Origin: a virus | Taxonomy: Duplodnaviria; Caudoviricetes | Direction: 5' to 3' (one strand) | Length of the DNA: 64,000 nucleotides | IMG/VR virus record: IMGVR_UViG_3300010346_001007 | Span: 1-64,000 of that record | Shown: in pieces, positions 39,957-49,301 of the stretch | Layout: the number at the start of each line of letters is the position of its first letter | Position numbering within the stretch: position 1 is the stretch's first letter | The notes under the pieces: model-generated | Databases searched by the model: none | Told to the model about the DNA's origin: nothing | What the model saw: only the letters and a program-made list of their open reading frames with translations | Translations under genes and position numbers: made by a program

Positions 39957-40640
39957 ATGAATACAAAAAAGTGGACTATAATTTGTAATAAGTGTGGAAA
40001 AATTAAAATCTATTCTACATATAGTGGATATTATGAGGCTAAGAGATTGGGCAGGATTTTTTGTAGATCTTGTGCCATTAAAAAACGATGGGAAAATAGT
40101 AAAGAAAGATCTAAATATGATCGTTTAATTAAGCAAGGACAGCGATTTGGGAAGTTGGTAGTTTTATCTAAAAAAATAGAAAGAGGAAATCAGGTTTTAT
40201 GTAAATGTGAATGCGGCAATTTACTTAAAAAAAGAGCTATTAGATTATTAACCGAAAATAATAATGGATGTCAAAAATGTTTGATTGGAGAATTAAATCA
40301 TCTTTGGAAAGGAGTTGGAAAAGTGCCCAAAATTGCTTTAACACGAATAAAACATCACGCTATTAGAACACATAAAGAATTTAATATTACACTTAAATAT
40401 TTATCAGAAATATTTGACAAACAGCGGGGAAAGTGTGCATTATCTGGAATGAATTTAAATTTTGGAGTTTCAAATATAATAGAACAAACTGCATCGTTAG
40501 ACAGAATTGATTCCTTAAAAGGATATATTAAAGGCAATGTGCAATGGGTTCATAAAAATGTTAACTGGATGAAGCAAGATTTTTCGGAAGATGAATTTTT
40601 ATCTCTGTGTAAAAAAATCGTGGAATATCGTAAAATATGA
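39957..40640 (+). CDS. free-standing His-Me finger (HNH-like) homing endonuclease
   Basis: CxxC pairs, GQRFGKLVV...CKCECG, CALSG, SLDRIDSLKGYIKGNVQWV...NWMK. Confidence 0.8.
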   Translation: MNTKKWTIICNKCGKIKIYSTYSGYYEAKRLGRIFCRSCAIKKRWENSKERSKYDRLIKQGQRFGKLVVLSKKIERGNQVLCKCECGNLLKKRAIRLLTENNNGCQKCLIGELNHLWKGVGKVPKIALTRIKHHAIRTHKEFNITLKYLSEIFDKQRGKCALSGMNLNFGVSNIIEQTASLDRIDSLKGYIKGNVQWVHKNVNWMKQDFSEDEFLSLCKKIVEYRKI

Positions 40641-41983
40641 TAAAAGTAGAAATAAATGGGAAATTATTAGAGTTTAATGATCGTGCATCTGTAGATGCAT
40701 ATCTCAAAACCCACAACATGGACGTAGATGAGGATGGTAATATATTCCAGGTAGAAGGACGAGGAGTAATTCCAACAATTCTTGATGTATGGTTTAAAGA
40801 ACGTCTTGAATATCGAAAGTTGCAAAAAAAATTTTCTGATGAGAACAATACAATTCAGTCGGAATTTTATAAGAGGCGACAGTTGAGACAGAAAATATTT
40901 CTTAATTCTATTTATGGAACTCTGGGACTTCCTGTATTCCGTTTTTATGACCGAGACAATGCCGAAGCGGTTACTATGTCGGGCCAAGAAATTATTCTCT
41001 CGACATCGAAATTAGTCAATGATGAATTTTTAAATAGATATAAAAATAAAAAGGCCACTCCACCAACAGATGATTTTATTGTATATATTGATACAGATTC
41101 AATTTATTTTTCATCATTGCAATTAGCCAAATTAGAAGGAAAAACTGATGATATGACTAAATATACGATTGATCTTGTACAACAAGTAGCAAATAAAATC
41201 AATCGGTTTTATGAATACATGGTTCCTCGTGTTTTTAATGTTGCGCCCGAATTTAACCGGATAAAAATTGTACCGGATGTTGTTGCTAAGAAAGCATTGT
41301 GGATAGTTAAAAAAAGATATGCCATGCTCAAAGTATTTGACATGGAAAAAATGAAGCCCGTAATGGGAAAAGGCGGAGAAGAAGGAAAACTAGAAGTAAA
41401 AGGAATTGATGTTGTACGTTCAAGTTATCCAGCAGCATTTCGAAAATTTTCAGCAAATATTCTTGAATCAATTCTGCGGGGAGTTTCCCGTGTAGAATTA
41501 GATGAACAGATTATGCAATTTGAAGAAAATATAGAAAAGTATGCTGTTGAAGAATTATGTAAAACGAGTTCCGTAAGATTTAAATCGAGAGATGGGAAAA
41601 CGGATTATAGGCCCATAGACAGAAAGCGGTTTCAGTTTGTTTTAGGATCTCCTCCTCAAGTTAAGGGGGCATTATCGTATAATGATTTATTGAAAGTATG
41701 GAAATTACATCGCCAATATGAATCAATTGGACATAGTGAAAAAATTAAATGGTGTTATTTACTTCCAAATGATTTTAATTTGAGTGAAATAGCATTTAAA
41801 GGAGATGATACCGATCCTGATAAAATTTTGGATTTCATTTCTCATCACATTGATCGTAGAAAAATGTATGAAAGAGAATTAAAGTCAAAATTGTCCGAAA
41901 TTTATGCGGTTATTGGATGGCCCTATCCGAATAGAGGTTCACAGTTGGCTGAAAATACATTTAATTTTGATGAAGAGTGGTAA
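40637..41983 (+). CDS. polB: family B DNA polymerase, C-terminal part (motifs B, C, thumb)
   Basis: GVIP, KIFLNSIYG, YIDTDS, KKRYA, KGIDVVRS. Confidence 0.95.
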   Translation: MIKVEINGKLLEFNDRASVDAYLKTHNMDVDEDGNIFQVEGRGVIPTILDVWFKERLEYRKLQKKFSDENNTIQSEFYKRRQLRQKIFLNSIYGTLGLPVFRFYDRDNAEAVTMSGQEIILSTSKLVNDEFLNRYKNKKATPPTDDFIVYIDTDSIYFSSLQLAKLEGKTDDMTKYTIDLVQQVANKINRFYEYMVPRVFNVAPEFNRIKIVPDVVAKKALWIVKKRYAMLKVFDMEKMKPVMGKGGEEGKLEVKGIDVVRSSYPAAFRKFSANILESILRGVSRVELDEQIMQFEENIEKYAVEELCKTSSVRFKSRDGKTDYRPIDRKRFQFVLGSPPQVKGALSYNDLLKVWKLHRQYESIGHSEKIKWCYLLPNDFNLSEIAFKGDDTDPDKILDFISHHIDRRKMYERELKSKLSEIYAVIGWPYPNRGSQLAENTFNFDEEW

Positions 41984-42035
41984 AATATAATAAATTGCCA
42001 ATATAGGATAAATTTGATATACTAAGAATTGTAAT

Positions 42036-42782
42036 ATGAAGAAACAAGTACTAGAAACATTTATTAAAAGATATTCGCTGGGGGGAGAAATAAATAAAGT
42101 TAAGTGGAAATATACGGCGGACGCAAAAACTTTACATGCTAGAGCAACGGCGGATGGAAGATGTTTTATTGCGGATGTGATTCTCCATAATTTCAGCGAT
42201 TTTGGGGATGAAGATATAGACATTTGTATTGGAGATACTGAGAAAGTAAAAGCGATGTTATCTCCATTTATAAGTGAAGATTTGCGTTTTACGATAAATA
42301 AAACCGAAAGTAGAGTATTGGGATTTTCTATATCCGACGATGATTGTGAAAGTTATTGTACCGCCGCCGATCCTTCTTCCATCGATCCGGTTGCTAAGAA
42401 TCTAAAAGAAATTCCTGATTATGATGCAATTATACCATTGAGCGGGGAATTTGTTGATAAATTTTTAAAAGCAAAAGGTGCATTAAAAGATGTAACAAAT
42501 TTTTCAGTAGGAATGAACAAAAGTGGCGAATTTGAAATGATAATTGGTTATATCACCGCTAATTCTAATCGAATTCGGTTAAAACCAACGTGTGATGATA
42601 AATATAATAAAGTTACACAGGCATTATCTTTTCCTATTAAAAATGTTGCCGAAGTATTTAAGGCAAATCGTGATATTTCAGATGGAAAATTATCTATTAA
42701 TAGTGCTGGAATTATACAAATATATTATTCAAATGCGGATTATACATGCACTTATTACCAATTTGCAAATAAGAAAATATAG
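42036..42782 (+). CDS. sliding clamp (T4 gp45-like)
   Basis: size, two-domain alpha/beta pattern, position between polymerase and clamp loader; TTGCCA-17-TATACT at 41995-42023. Confidence 0.7.
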   Translation: MKKQVLETFIKRYSLGGEINKVKWKYTADAKTLHARATADGRCFIADVILHNFSDFGDEDIDICIGDTEKVKAMLSPFISEDLRFTINKTESRVLGFSISDDDCESYCTAADPSSIDPVAKNLKEIPDYDAIIPLSGEFVDKFLKAKGALKDVTNFSVGMNKSGEFEMIIGYITANSNRIRLKPTCDDKYNKVTQALSFPIKNVAEVFKANRDISDGKLSINSAGIIQIYYSNADYTCTYYQFANKKI

Positions 42783-42784
42783 TT

Positions 42785-43042
42785 ATGATTAAATTATCTA
42801 ATTGTTATAAAACATCGGATGGTTCTATTTTTAAGGATTTGGACGATGCTCAATATCATGAAATTTATGGGTTATTGAATCTGGCTGGATTTTCATGCGG
42901 AAAAGAATTGGCCGAGGGAATAATGGCTCGTAAAAAAGAAATTATAAATATTTTATCATTAACTCCCGAATCTTTTTTAGATGATAAAACTACAGTTTCA
43001 GATAGTAAAAAGAAAGATAAACGAGTATTAATAACTGGTTAA
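42785..43042 (+). CDS. hypothetical protein
   Basis: ORF. Confidence 0.55.
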   Translation: MIKLSNCYKTSDGSIFKDLDDAQYHEIYGLLNLAGFSCGKELAEGIMARKKEIINILSLTPESFLDDKTTVSDSKKKDKRVLITG

Positions 43043-43058
43043 AAATAAATAATATAAT

Positions 43059-44027
43059 ATGTTTGATCCAAATACATTTTTTGAAATGGAAGAACGAGTA
43101 CCCGTATCCGATCATAGTTTATGGGTAGAACGGTATCGTCCCCGAAATTTTGAAGACTTCATTGGAAATTCCACTTTGAAAGAAACTTTAAAAATGTGGG
43201 TTGAGAAAAAGGACATTCCACATTTATTATTATATAGTAGTCCTGGAACGGGAAAAACATCTTTGGGAAAAATGATTGTCGATCTAATTCCTTGCGATTA
43301 TCTTATTATTAATGCCTCAGATGAGAATGGTGTGGATAGTATAAGAGATAAAGTACAAGAATTTTGCATGACAATGGGAATGCGGAATTTAAAAGTAATG
43401 TTTTTAGATGAAGCAGATCGACTCACCCCCGATGCACAAGGAATTTTGAGAAATTTGATGGAGACTTATTCTCATTCAACTCGATTTATTTTAACTTGTA
43501 ATTATAAAGATAAAATAACTCCGGCAATATGGTCCCGGTGTCAAACATTTGAAGTGCGTCCACCTTCTAAAAGTGAAGTAGCTAAACATTTGGTAGGAAT
43601 TTTGAAAAAAGAAGAAATCCAATATCAAACTGAAGATGTAGTATTTATAGTAAATAGTTATTTTCCTGATTTGAGGAAAATTATCAATTATACCCAACAA
43701 TCTTCTATTGAAGGAGAATTGAAAATTGCTCGGGCAAGTGCTGCCGAACAAGATTATAAAACTAAATTAGTCGAATTATTAAAAGAAGCCCGTACCAGAA
43801 CCAGGGTATTTGATGAAATACGTCAATTAGTAGCGGACGCTTCGTTTTCTAATTATGACGAAGTTTATCGATATTTATTTGATCATATCAATGAATATTC
43901 TCCACAGGAGAAGGTTCCTATGGTTATTTTGAACTTGGCGGAATCTATTTATCAATCAGCATTGGTGTTTGAAAGAGAAATCACTTTCGTTGCAGCAATG
44001 CATAAATTGTTAACAATATTAAAGTAA
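43059..44027 (+). CDS. clamp loader large subunit (RFC / T4 gp44-like)
   Basis: WVERYRP, PGTGKT, NASDE, LDEAD, SRC. Confidence 0.95.
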   Translation: MFDPNTFFEMEERVPVSDHSLWVERYRPRNFEDFIGNSTLKETLKMWVEKKDIPHLLLYSSPGTGKTSLGKMIVDLIPCDYLIINASDENGVDSIRDKVQEFCMTMGMRNLKVMFLDEADRLTPDAQGILRNLMETYSHSTRFILTCNYKDKITPAIWSRCQTFEVRPPSKSEVAKHLVGILKKEEIQYQTEDVVFIVNSYFPDLRKIINYTQQSSIEGELKIARASAAEQDYKTKLVELLKEARTRTRVFDEIRQLVADASFSNYDEVYRYLFDHINEYSPQEKVPMVILNLAESIYQSALVFEREITFVAAMHKLLTILK

Positions 44028-44037
44028 GGATTATATT

Positions 44038-44286
44038 ATGAGTGAAATGACACAAGAACAACGTCTTAAAATTCTGGATGAAACAGTTAGAACTTTCGGA
44101 AAAAAAGAATGGTTCAGGGATGCTACGGTTTATAATAAGCATCCTTTAGATTCACAGCCAACATTGGAAATTAAAGTGAATTATCTTCCTTTATTTGAAC
44201 GAAGAGAAGTAAAGGAATTCTGTAATGCTAGAGGATTGGCCGATAGATTTGTTATTGTAGATCGGGATGGAAAACCAGTAAATTAA
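44038..44286 (+). CDS. hypothetical protein
   Basis: ORF with AAGGA upstream. Confidence 0.55.
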   Translation: MSEMTQEQRLKILDETVRTFGKKEWFRDATVYNKHPLDSQPTLEIKVNYLPLFERREVKEFCNARGLADRFVIVDRDGKPVN

Positions 44287-44287
44287 C

Positions 44288-44926
44288 ATGAAAGAAAATA
44301 ATACAGTTATAGAAATGCCCAAGCAAAAAATGTCGGGAATTAAATCTAACAAAGGTACAAAAGGATTTTTATTTGCAAAGAAGAAGAATCTATTGAAAAA
44401 TACTCGATGTTATTTGATTGGACATATGCAATATTCTGATGGTAGAGGGTGGAGAGAAGCTATACAAAAGGAATTAAAAAATACGGGGGTAAAGTTTTAT
44501 GACCCATATAATAAACCTTTTATACATCATGTTCCGGAAGACGAAATTTCTCGTGCCGAAATGTTACACTGGATGGAAACTGAACAATATGACATGGTTT
44601 CACAACGAATGAAATCAGTAAGAGATTATGATTTAAGGTTGTGTGAATATTGCGATTGGTTTATAGCAGTCATTAAACCTACTATTGCATCTTGGGGATC
44701 TGCCGAAGAAATTTCTGCCGTTGTAAGAGCAAGAAAACCTCTTTTTTTAGTTATAGACGATCCCCGAGGAAAAAAGGCGTGCCCACTATGGTTAATGGGC
44801 GCTGTTTCCCATAAATATATCTATAATAATTTAGATGAAGTTATAGAAATGGTACGAGCCATTGACTGGGGAATAATAAAGATGAATTCAGAAAGGTGGA
44901 AATTATTATTACCAGAAATGAGATAA
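44288..44926 (+). CDS. nucleoside 2-deoxyribosyltransferase-like protein
   Basis: YLIGHM...WR...YDP...DL....D...SWGSAEE. Confidence 0.7.
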   Translation: MKENNTVIEMPKQKMSGIKSNKGTKGFLFAKKKNLLKNTRCYLIGHMQYSDGRGWREAIQKELKNTGVKFYDPYNKPFIHHVPEDEISRAEMLHWMETEQYDMVSQRMKSVRDYDLRLCEYCDWFIAVIKPTIASWGSAEEISAVVRARKPLFLVIDDPRGKKACPLWLMGAVSHKYIYNNLDEVIEMVRAIDWGIIKMNSERWKLLLPEMR

Positions 44927-44932
44927 CATTAT

Positions 44933-46036
44933 ATGAGAGAATTTTTAATTCCAGCTTCCATTGGAATTTCACCCTCGATTTCATTACGAGGATTGTATTA
45001 TATTGGACAATATGGAACAAGTGGATATGCTTCGGCAGCACGAGGATATTTATTTGATTATTTTGTAAAAGGAATTCCTATCACATGGGAACCATTGTAC
45101 TTTGATAATTCACAATTAAGTGATGACGATTTTTATGATATTACAATAAAATCTTTGATTCATAAACCAATCAATAATATAGATATGGTTATTATGCACA
45201 GTACTCCCGATTTGTGGCCCGTATTTTGGAAAGAAAAAACCAAGTTATTGTCCAATAAAATTGTTGTTGGATACTGTACATGGGAAACAAACCGTCTGCC
45301 AAAACATTGGGTTAACGGTATTAATGGGTACGTTAATGAAGTGTGGTGTCCATCGACATATAATGAGACATCTTTTAAAGAGTCGGGAGTTACCTCTCAT
45401 ATAAGAGTAGTCCCTCATGTATTTTTACCAAAACCTCTTCCTCCACCCGATTTAGTTAAATTAACAAATGTATCTAATGGAGATAAAATAGAAAAGGATG
45501 GAAAATATACATTTTATACTATTGGTGAATTTAATGCACGAAAAAGTATTTCTGAAACTATACAAGCATATTGTACTGCATTTGATAGAAATGATCCTGT
45601 AAGGTTAATATTAAAAGTACATTTTCGGGGGTATCAGCAGGAAGCGAAAGTAAGATGTGAAAACGCAATTAAAGAAGAATTGAAAAAATATCCTAATCAT
45701 CCCCTGATTATTGGACTTTATGAAAATATGACTTCCAAAGAGATTTTAGGATTACATTCAATTGGTAATTGTTATGTAGGATTAACAAAGGCGGAAGGAT
45801 TTGGACTTACGATTTTTGATGCTTTTCATTATAAAAAAGAAATTATTGCAACGGGTTATAGTGGGCATATAGATTTTTTAGGAAAAAATCACCCCGGATT
45901 AGTAAGATATAAGCTGGGACCCGTGCAAGGAATGACCGAGTTTTCACCGAATTATACCGAAGATCAAATGTGGGCATATCCAGATATAGATCATGCTATT
46001 TATTTAATGAGAAAAGCAGCAAATATTAAATGTTAG
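44933..46036 (+). CDS. glycosyltransferase, GT4-like
   Basis: SGYA, WET, RKS, AEGFGL, YSGHIDF. Confidence 0.85.
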   Translation: MREFLIPASIGISPSISLRGLYYIGQYGTSGYASAARGYLFDYFVKGIPITWEPLYFDNSQLSDDDFYDITIKSLIHKPINNIDMVIMHSTPDLWPVFWKEKTKLLSNKIVVGYCTWETNRLPKHWVNGINGYVNEVWCPSTYNETSFKESGVTSHIRVVPHVFLPKPLPPPDLVKLTNVSNGDKIEKDGKYTFYTIGEFNARKSISETIQAYCTAFDRNDPVRLILKVHFRGYQQEAKVRCENAIKEELKKYPNHPLIIGLYENMTSKEILGLHSIGNCYVGLTKAEGFGLTIFDAFHYKKEIIATGYSGHIDFLGKNHPGLVRYKLGPVQGMTEFSPNYTEDQMWAYPDIDHAIYLMRKAANIKC

Positions 46037-46064
46037 ATTAAAAATATATAAGGAGAAATTAAAT

Positions 46065-46601
46065 ATGAAAGGAAGAAGTCTTACGGGTTCAAGTATTACA
46101 AATTGTTTTTCGGATTTTCTTTTAAAATATGAAGGAAATTATTTAGAAATTGGAATTTTTGATGGATATAATTTATGTCTAGTGGCTAAATCTATTCCAC
46201 TTAAAATTTGCTATGGAATTGATCCGTTTATTTCCGATGGTCACATTGGATATGAAAAAGGAACTCCTATTCCCGAACACGAAAAAAATTGTAAAGAAAA
46301 TATGCAGGAAGTTCCCAATACTAAATTATTTAGAGTGACTTCGGAAGAGTTTTTAAAAAATCTTACTGATGAAATGATTAACGAAATGAATGTTTCGGCG
46401 GTGTATATAGATGGATCACATCATTTTCCCGATGTAATTATAGATATTGAATTAGCAATAAAACTTATAGGGTCTAAACCGGGACTTATAATTTTTGATG
46501 ATTTACATATATCTGATGTCAAAGAAGGAATTAAATGGGGAATGGAAAAATATCCGGAACATTTGCGTTCTATATCAAGTACTCATTATATAAATATATG
46601 A
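46065..46601 (+). CDS. SAM methyltransferase (Methyltransf_24-like)
   Basis: LEIGIFDG, GIDPF, YIDGSH, IFDD. Confidence 0.8.
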   Translation: MKGRSLTGSSITNCFSDFLLKYEGNYLEIGIFDGYNLCLVAKSIPLKICYGIDPFISDGHIGYEKGTPIPEHEKNCKENMQEVPNTKLFRVTSEEFLKNLTDEMINEMNVSAVYIDGSHHFPDVIIDIELAIKLIGSKPGLIIFDDLHISDVKEGIKWGMEKYPEHLRSISSTHYINI

Positions 46602-47293
46602 AATTTAATATCAATAGGATTATAACAAAAGTCCAGATTCCTATTATCCGCATTTGTAATCAAAGATGTCCTAATTGTTGTGCTAGACATGAGCTTACTT
46701 GGTATAATAAAAATTTAAATAAAGAAAAAGAAGTTTCATTAGAAGAATTAAAGTGGGCTGGAGAATTGTTAGGATATATACCAGAAATAGAAATTACGGG
46801 TGGCGAGCCAACTTTGCATTCACAATTTGAAGAGTTGACTAATAATTTAAGAAATTATTTTAATTATAAAAAAATAATGTTGGTTTCTAATGGATTTTTA
46901 TTTGGAAAAGATCCTTCTAAATTACCTTTGTTATTAAAATATGATCGGTATTATTTTACTCATTATACCAATCAATTTGATAAAGAAAACAAAACTGGTA
47001 CAAATACAAAGACCATAGAAATGATAACAGAGTACATTAAAAAAAATATAAGACCAAAATGGCTCCCCGTTGATGTTTCTAGTCACATTATTTATGGTTC
47101 ACCCCCGTATCCAGGAAGATCATGTGAACGAAACAATTCTAATATGATTTCTTATTATGAAGGAAAATTATATGGATGTTGTATTGCTTGGTCGTTAGAA
47201 AATAAAGGAATAGGAATACCTCTAACTAAAAATTGGCGAAACGAATTACATAACATCGAATTACCATGTGAAAGTTGTTTTTTATCAGTATAA
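46598..47293 (+). CDS. radical SAM protein
   Basis: CNQRCPNC, TGGEP, SNG, C-terminal Cys cluster. Confidence 0.85.
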   Translation: MKFNINRIITKVQIPIIRICNQRCPNCCARHELTWYNKNLNKEKEVSLEELKWAGELLGYIPEIEITGGEPTLHSQFEELTNNLRNYFNYKKIMLVSNGFLFGKDPSKLPLLLKYDRYYFTHYTNQFDKENKTGTNTKTIEMITEYIKKNIRPKWLPVDVSSHIIYGSPPYPGRSCERNNSNMISYYEGKLYGCCIAWSLENKGIGIPLTKNWRNELHNIELPCESCFLSV

Positions 47294-47297
47294 ATAT

Positions 47298-47963
47298 ATG
47301 ATTATAACAAAAAATGATATTACATTTAAAGTTGAAGGACATCATAGTTGGTTTTTTGAAACATATGTGAAAGAAACATGGGAACCTCACACATGGAAAA
47401 TTTTAAAAGAATATGTTTCTAAAGAAACGATATTTTTTGATATAGGTGCTTGGATAGGAATTATTACATTGCCAGTTTCATATGTAGCAAAAATGTGCTA
47501 TTCTTTTGAACCTGATCCTTTAGCATTTAAAACTTGTCAAAATAATATTTTATTAAATTCCAGAGAAAATGTTAAGTTATACAATATGGCAATAACTAAT
47601 TATACTGGAAACATGAGTTTAGGAAATTTATACGAGTTGGGAGATAGTAGAACTAAACGAAACACTAAGAAGAATGAATTTGTAGTATCATGTACTTCTC
47701 TCAGCGAATTTTGTCAAAAAGAAAACATTGAACGAGTAGATTTTATTAAAATAGATGTAGAAGGTTCAGAAGAATTAATTTTAAAGGATTTTACTTTTTT
47801 CGAGAAATATAATCCTATAGTATATCTTAGTTTACATCCTGATTGGATAGATGATAAGAATGAATTTACTTCTAATATAAATCGATTAAAATCTTTATAT
47901 ACTAAAGTGAAGGAATACGAACCGACATATAAAAATTTTAATGAAATGTTATTTATAAATTAA
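47298..47963 (+). CDS. FkbM-family methyltransferase
   Basis: DIGAWIG, FEP, IKIDVEGSE. Confidence 0.9.
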   Translation: MIITKNDITFKVEGHHSWFFETYVKETWEPHTWKILKEYVSKETIFFDIGAWIGIITLPVSYVAKMCYSFEPDPLAFKTCQNNILLNSRENVKLYNMAITNYTGNMSLGNLYELGDSRTKRNTKKNEFVVSCTSLSEFCQKENIERVDFIKIDVEGSEELILKDFTFFEKYNPIVYLSLHPDWIDDKNEFTSNINRLKSLYTKVKEYEPTYKNFNEMLFIN

Positions 47964-47992
47964 GTTAATAAATTTAAAACGAAAGGAATCTA

Positions 47993-48637
47993 ATGCCAAT
48001 TAATGATTTAGATAAGTATTTTATACTACATAAAACGGATAAGGCTTCAACAGATCACAATTATTCTGTACCGTATTTTATGTTTTTTAATTCCGTACGA
48101 AATTCACCGATAAAATTACTTGAATTTGGAATATACAAGGGGGCTTCAGTTAAAGCATGGAAAGATTTCTTTCCTTCGGCAACTATTGTTGGTGTAGATA
48201 TAGATGCACAATGTCGTCAATATGAAGAAGAAAGAATACATGTAGAAATTGGAGACATGACAAATGGGTTATTTTTGAATGACCTACATCAAAAATATGG
48301 TGGATTCGATATTATTATTGATGATGCCGCACATTTTTGGAGACATCAAATAGAAGCTTTTCATTTTATGTTTCCATTATTAAATCCAGGAGGATTTTAT
48401 TCTATTGAAGATTTGCATACATCGTATTTATTTGGAAGTGTATATGATACTGGAAGACCAACTACTGTTGAAGTTTTAAACGATGTAATAAATCAATTAC
48501 ATTTGAATGGGAAAAGTTCTAACGGAGTAAAAGAAATTGGAAATAAGCCCCTTACATATTATGAGAATTGGTTAGAATATATGTTTTTATTTAAAGGAAT
48601 TTGTATAATGAAAAAAAGGAATTCTCCATTAAGATAA
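47993..48637 (+). CDS. sugar O-methyltransferase-like protein
   Basis: TDK...HNY, LEFGI..GAS, IIDDAAH, GGFYSIEDL. Confidence 0.8.
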   Translation: MPINDLDKYFILHKTDKASTDHNYSVPYFMFFNSVRNSPIKLLEFGIYKGASVKAWKDFFPSATIVGVDIDAQCRQYEEERIHVEIGDMTNGLFLNDLHQKYGGFDIIIDDAAHFWRHQIEAFHFMFPLLNPGGFYSIEDLHTSYLFGSVYDTGRPTTVEVLNDVINQLHLNGKSSNGVKEIGNKPLTYYENWLEYMFLFKGICIMKKRNSPLR

Positions 48638-48641
48638 AATT

Positions 48642-49301
48642 ATGAATGATATTGATTATTATAAATTATTGGGTATTAAATCTCCTTACACAAGATTTAA
48701 AAACAAATTTGATTTAAAACAAGTTATGCGAGGATGGAATGGAAATAACCCATTTTTATCTAACATTGTAAAGGAAAAACGGCCCAATTCCATAATAGAA
48801 GTAGGTAGTTTTTTGGGATTGTCAACAATTACAATGGCGAAAGCTTGTAAGGAGTGTAATTTAAATACAAAGATTTTATGTGTAGATACATGGTTAGGGT
48901 CTCCGGAACATTGGCGTTCGGATCAATGTAATTTATTAAATTTATACGATTATTTTGAGAATGGGATTTCGGCCATGTATGATCAATTTATAATTAATAT
49001 GATTGTTAATAAAATAGACGATATGGTTATTCCTATTCCGAACACTTCAAAAAATGCATTTAATATTTTACAATTAAAAAATGTTAAAGTAGATATGGTA
49101 TATATAGATGGTAGTCATGATACTGATGATGTTTATAATGATATTATATTATATTTTAAATTACTTAATAAAAATGGATATATGTTTGGTGATGATTATG
49201 GTGGATGGGAAAGTGTAAGGAAAGGTGTTCATTTAGCATTAGAAAAAATCAATGGAAAATTAGAAATTCATGACAATTTGTTTTGGAGTATTAAATTATG
49301 A
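48642..49301 (+). CDS. SAM methyltransferase (Methyltransf_24-like)
   Basis: EVGSFLG, VDTW, YIDGSH, GDDY. Confidence 0.85.
   Translation: MNDIDYYKLLGIKSPYTRFKNKFDLKQVMRGWNGNNPFLSNIVKEKRPNSIIEVGSFLGLSTITMAKACKECNLNTKILCVDTWLGSPEHWRSDQCNLLNLYDYFENGISAMYDQFIINMIVNKIDDMVIPIPNTSKNAFNILQLKNVKVDMVYIDGSHDTDDVYNDIILYFKLLNKNGYMFGDDYGGWESVRKGVHLALEKINGKLEIHDNLFWSIKL

Noticed and set aside
39915-40640. Group I intron or split intein in polB
   Set aside because: No non-coding space for an intron core, and no Cys-start or HN-end intein halves on either ORF
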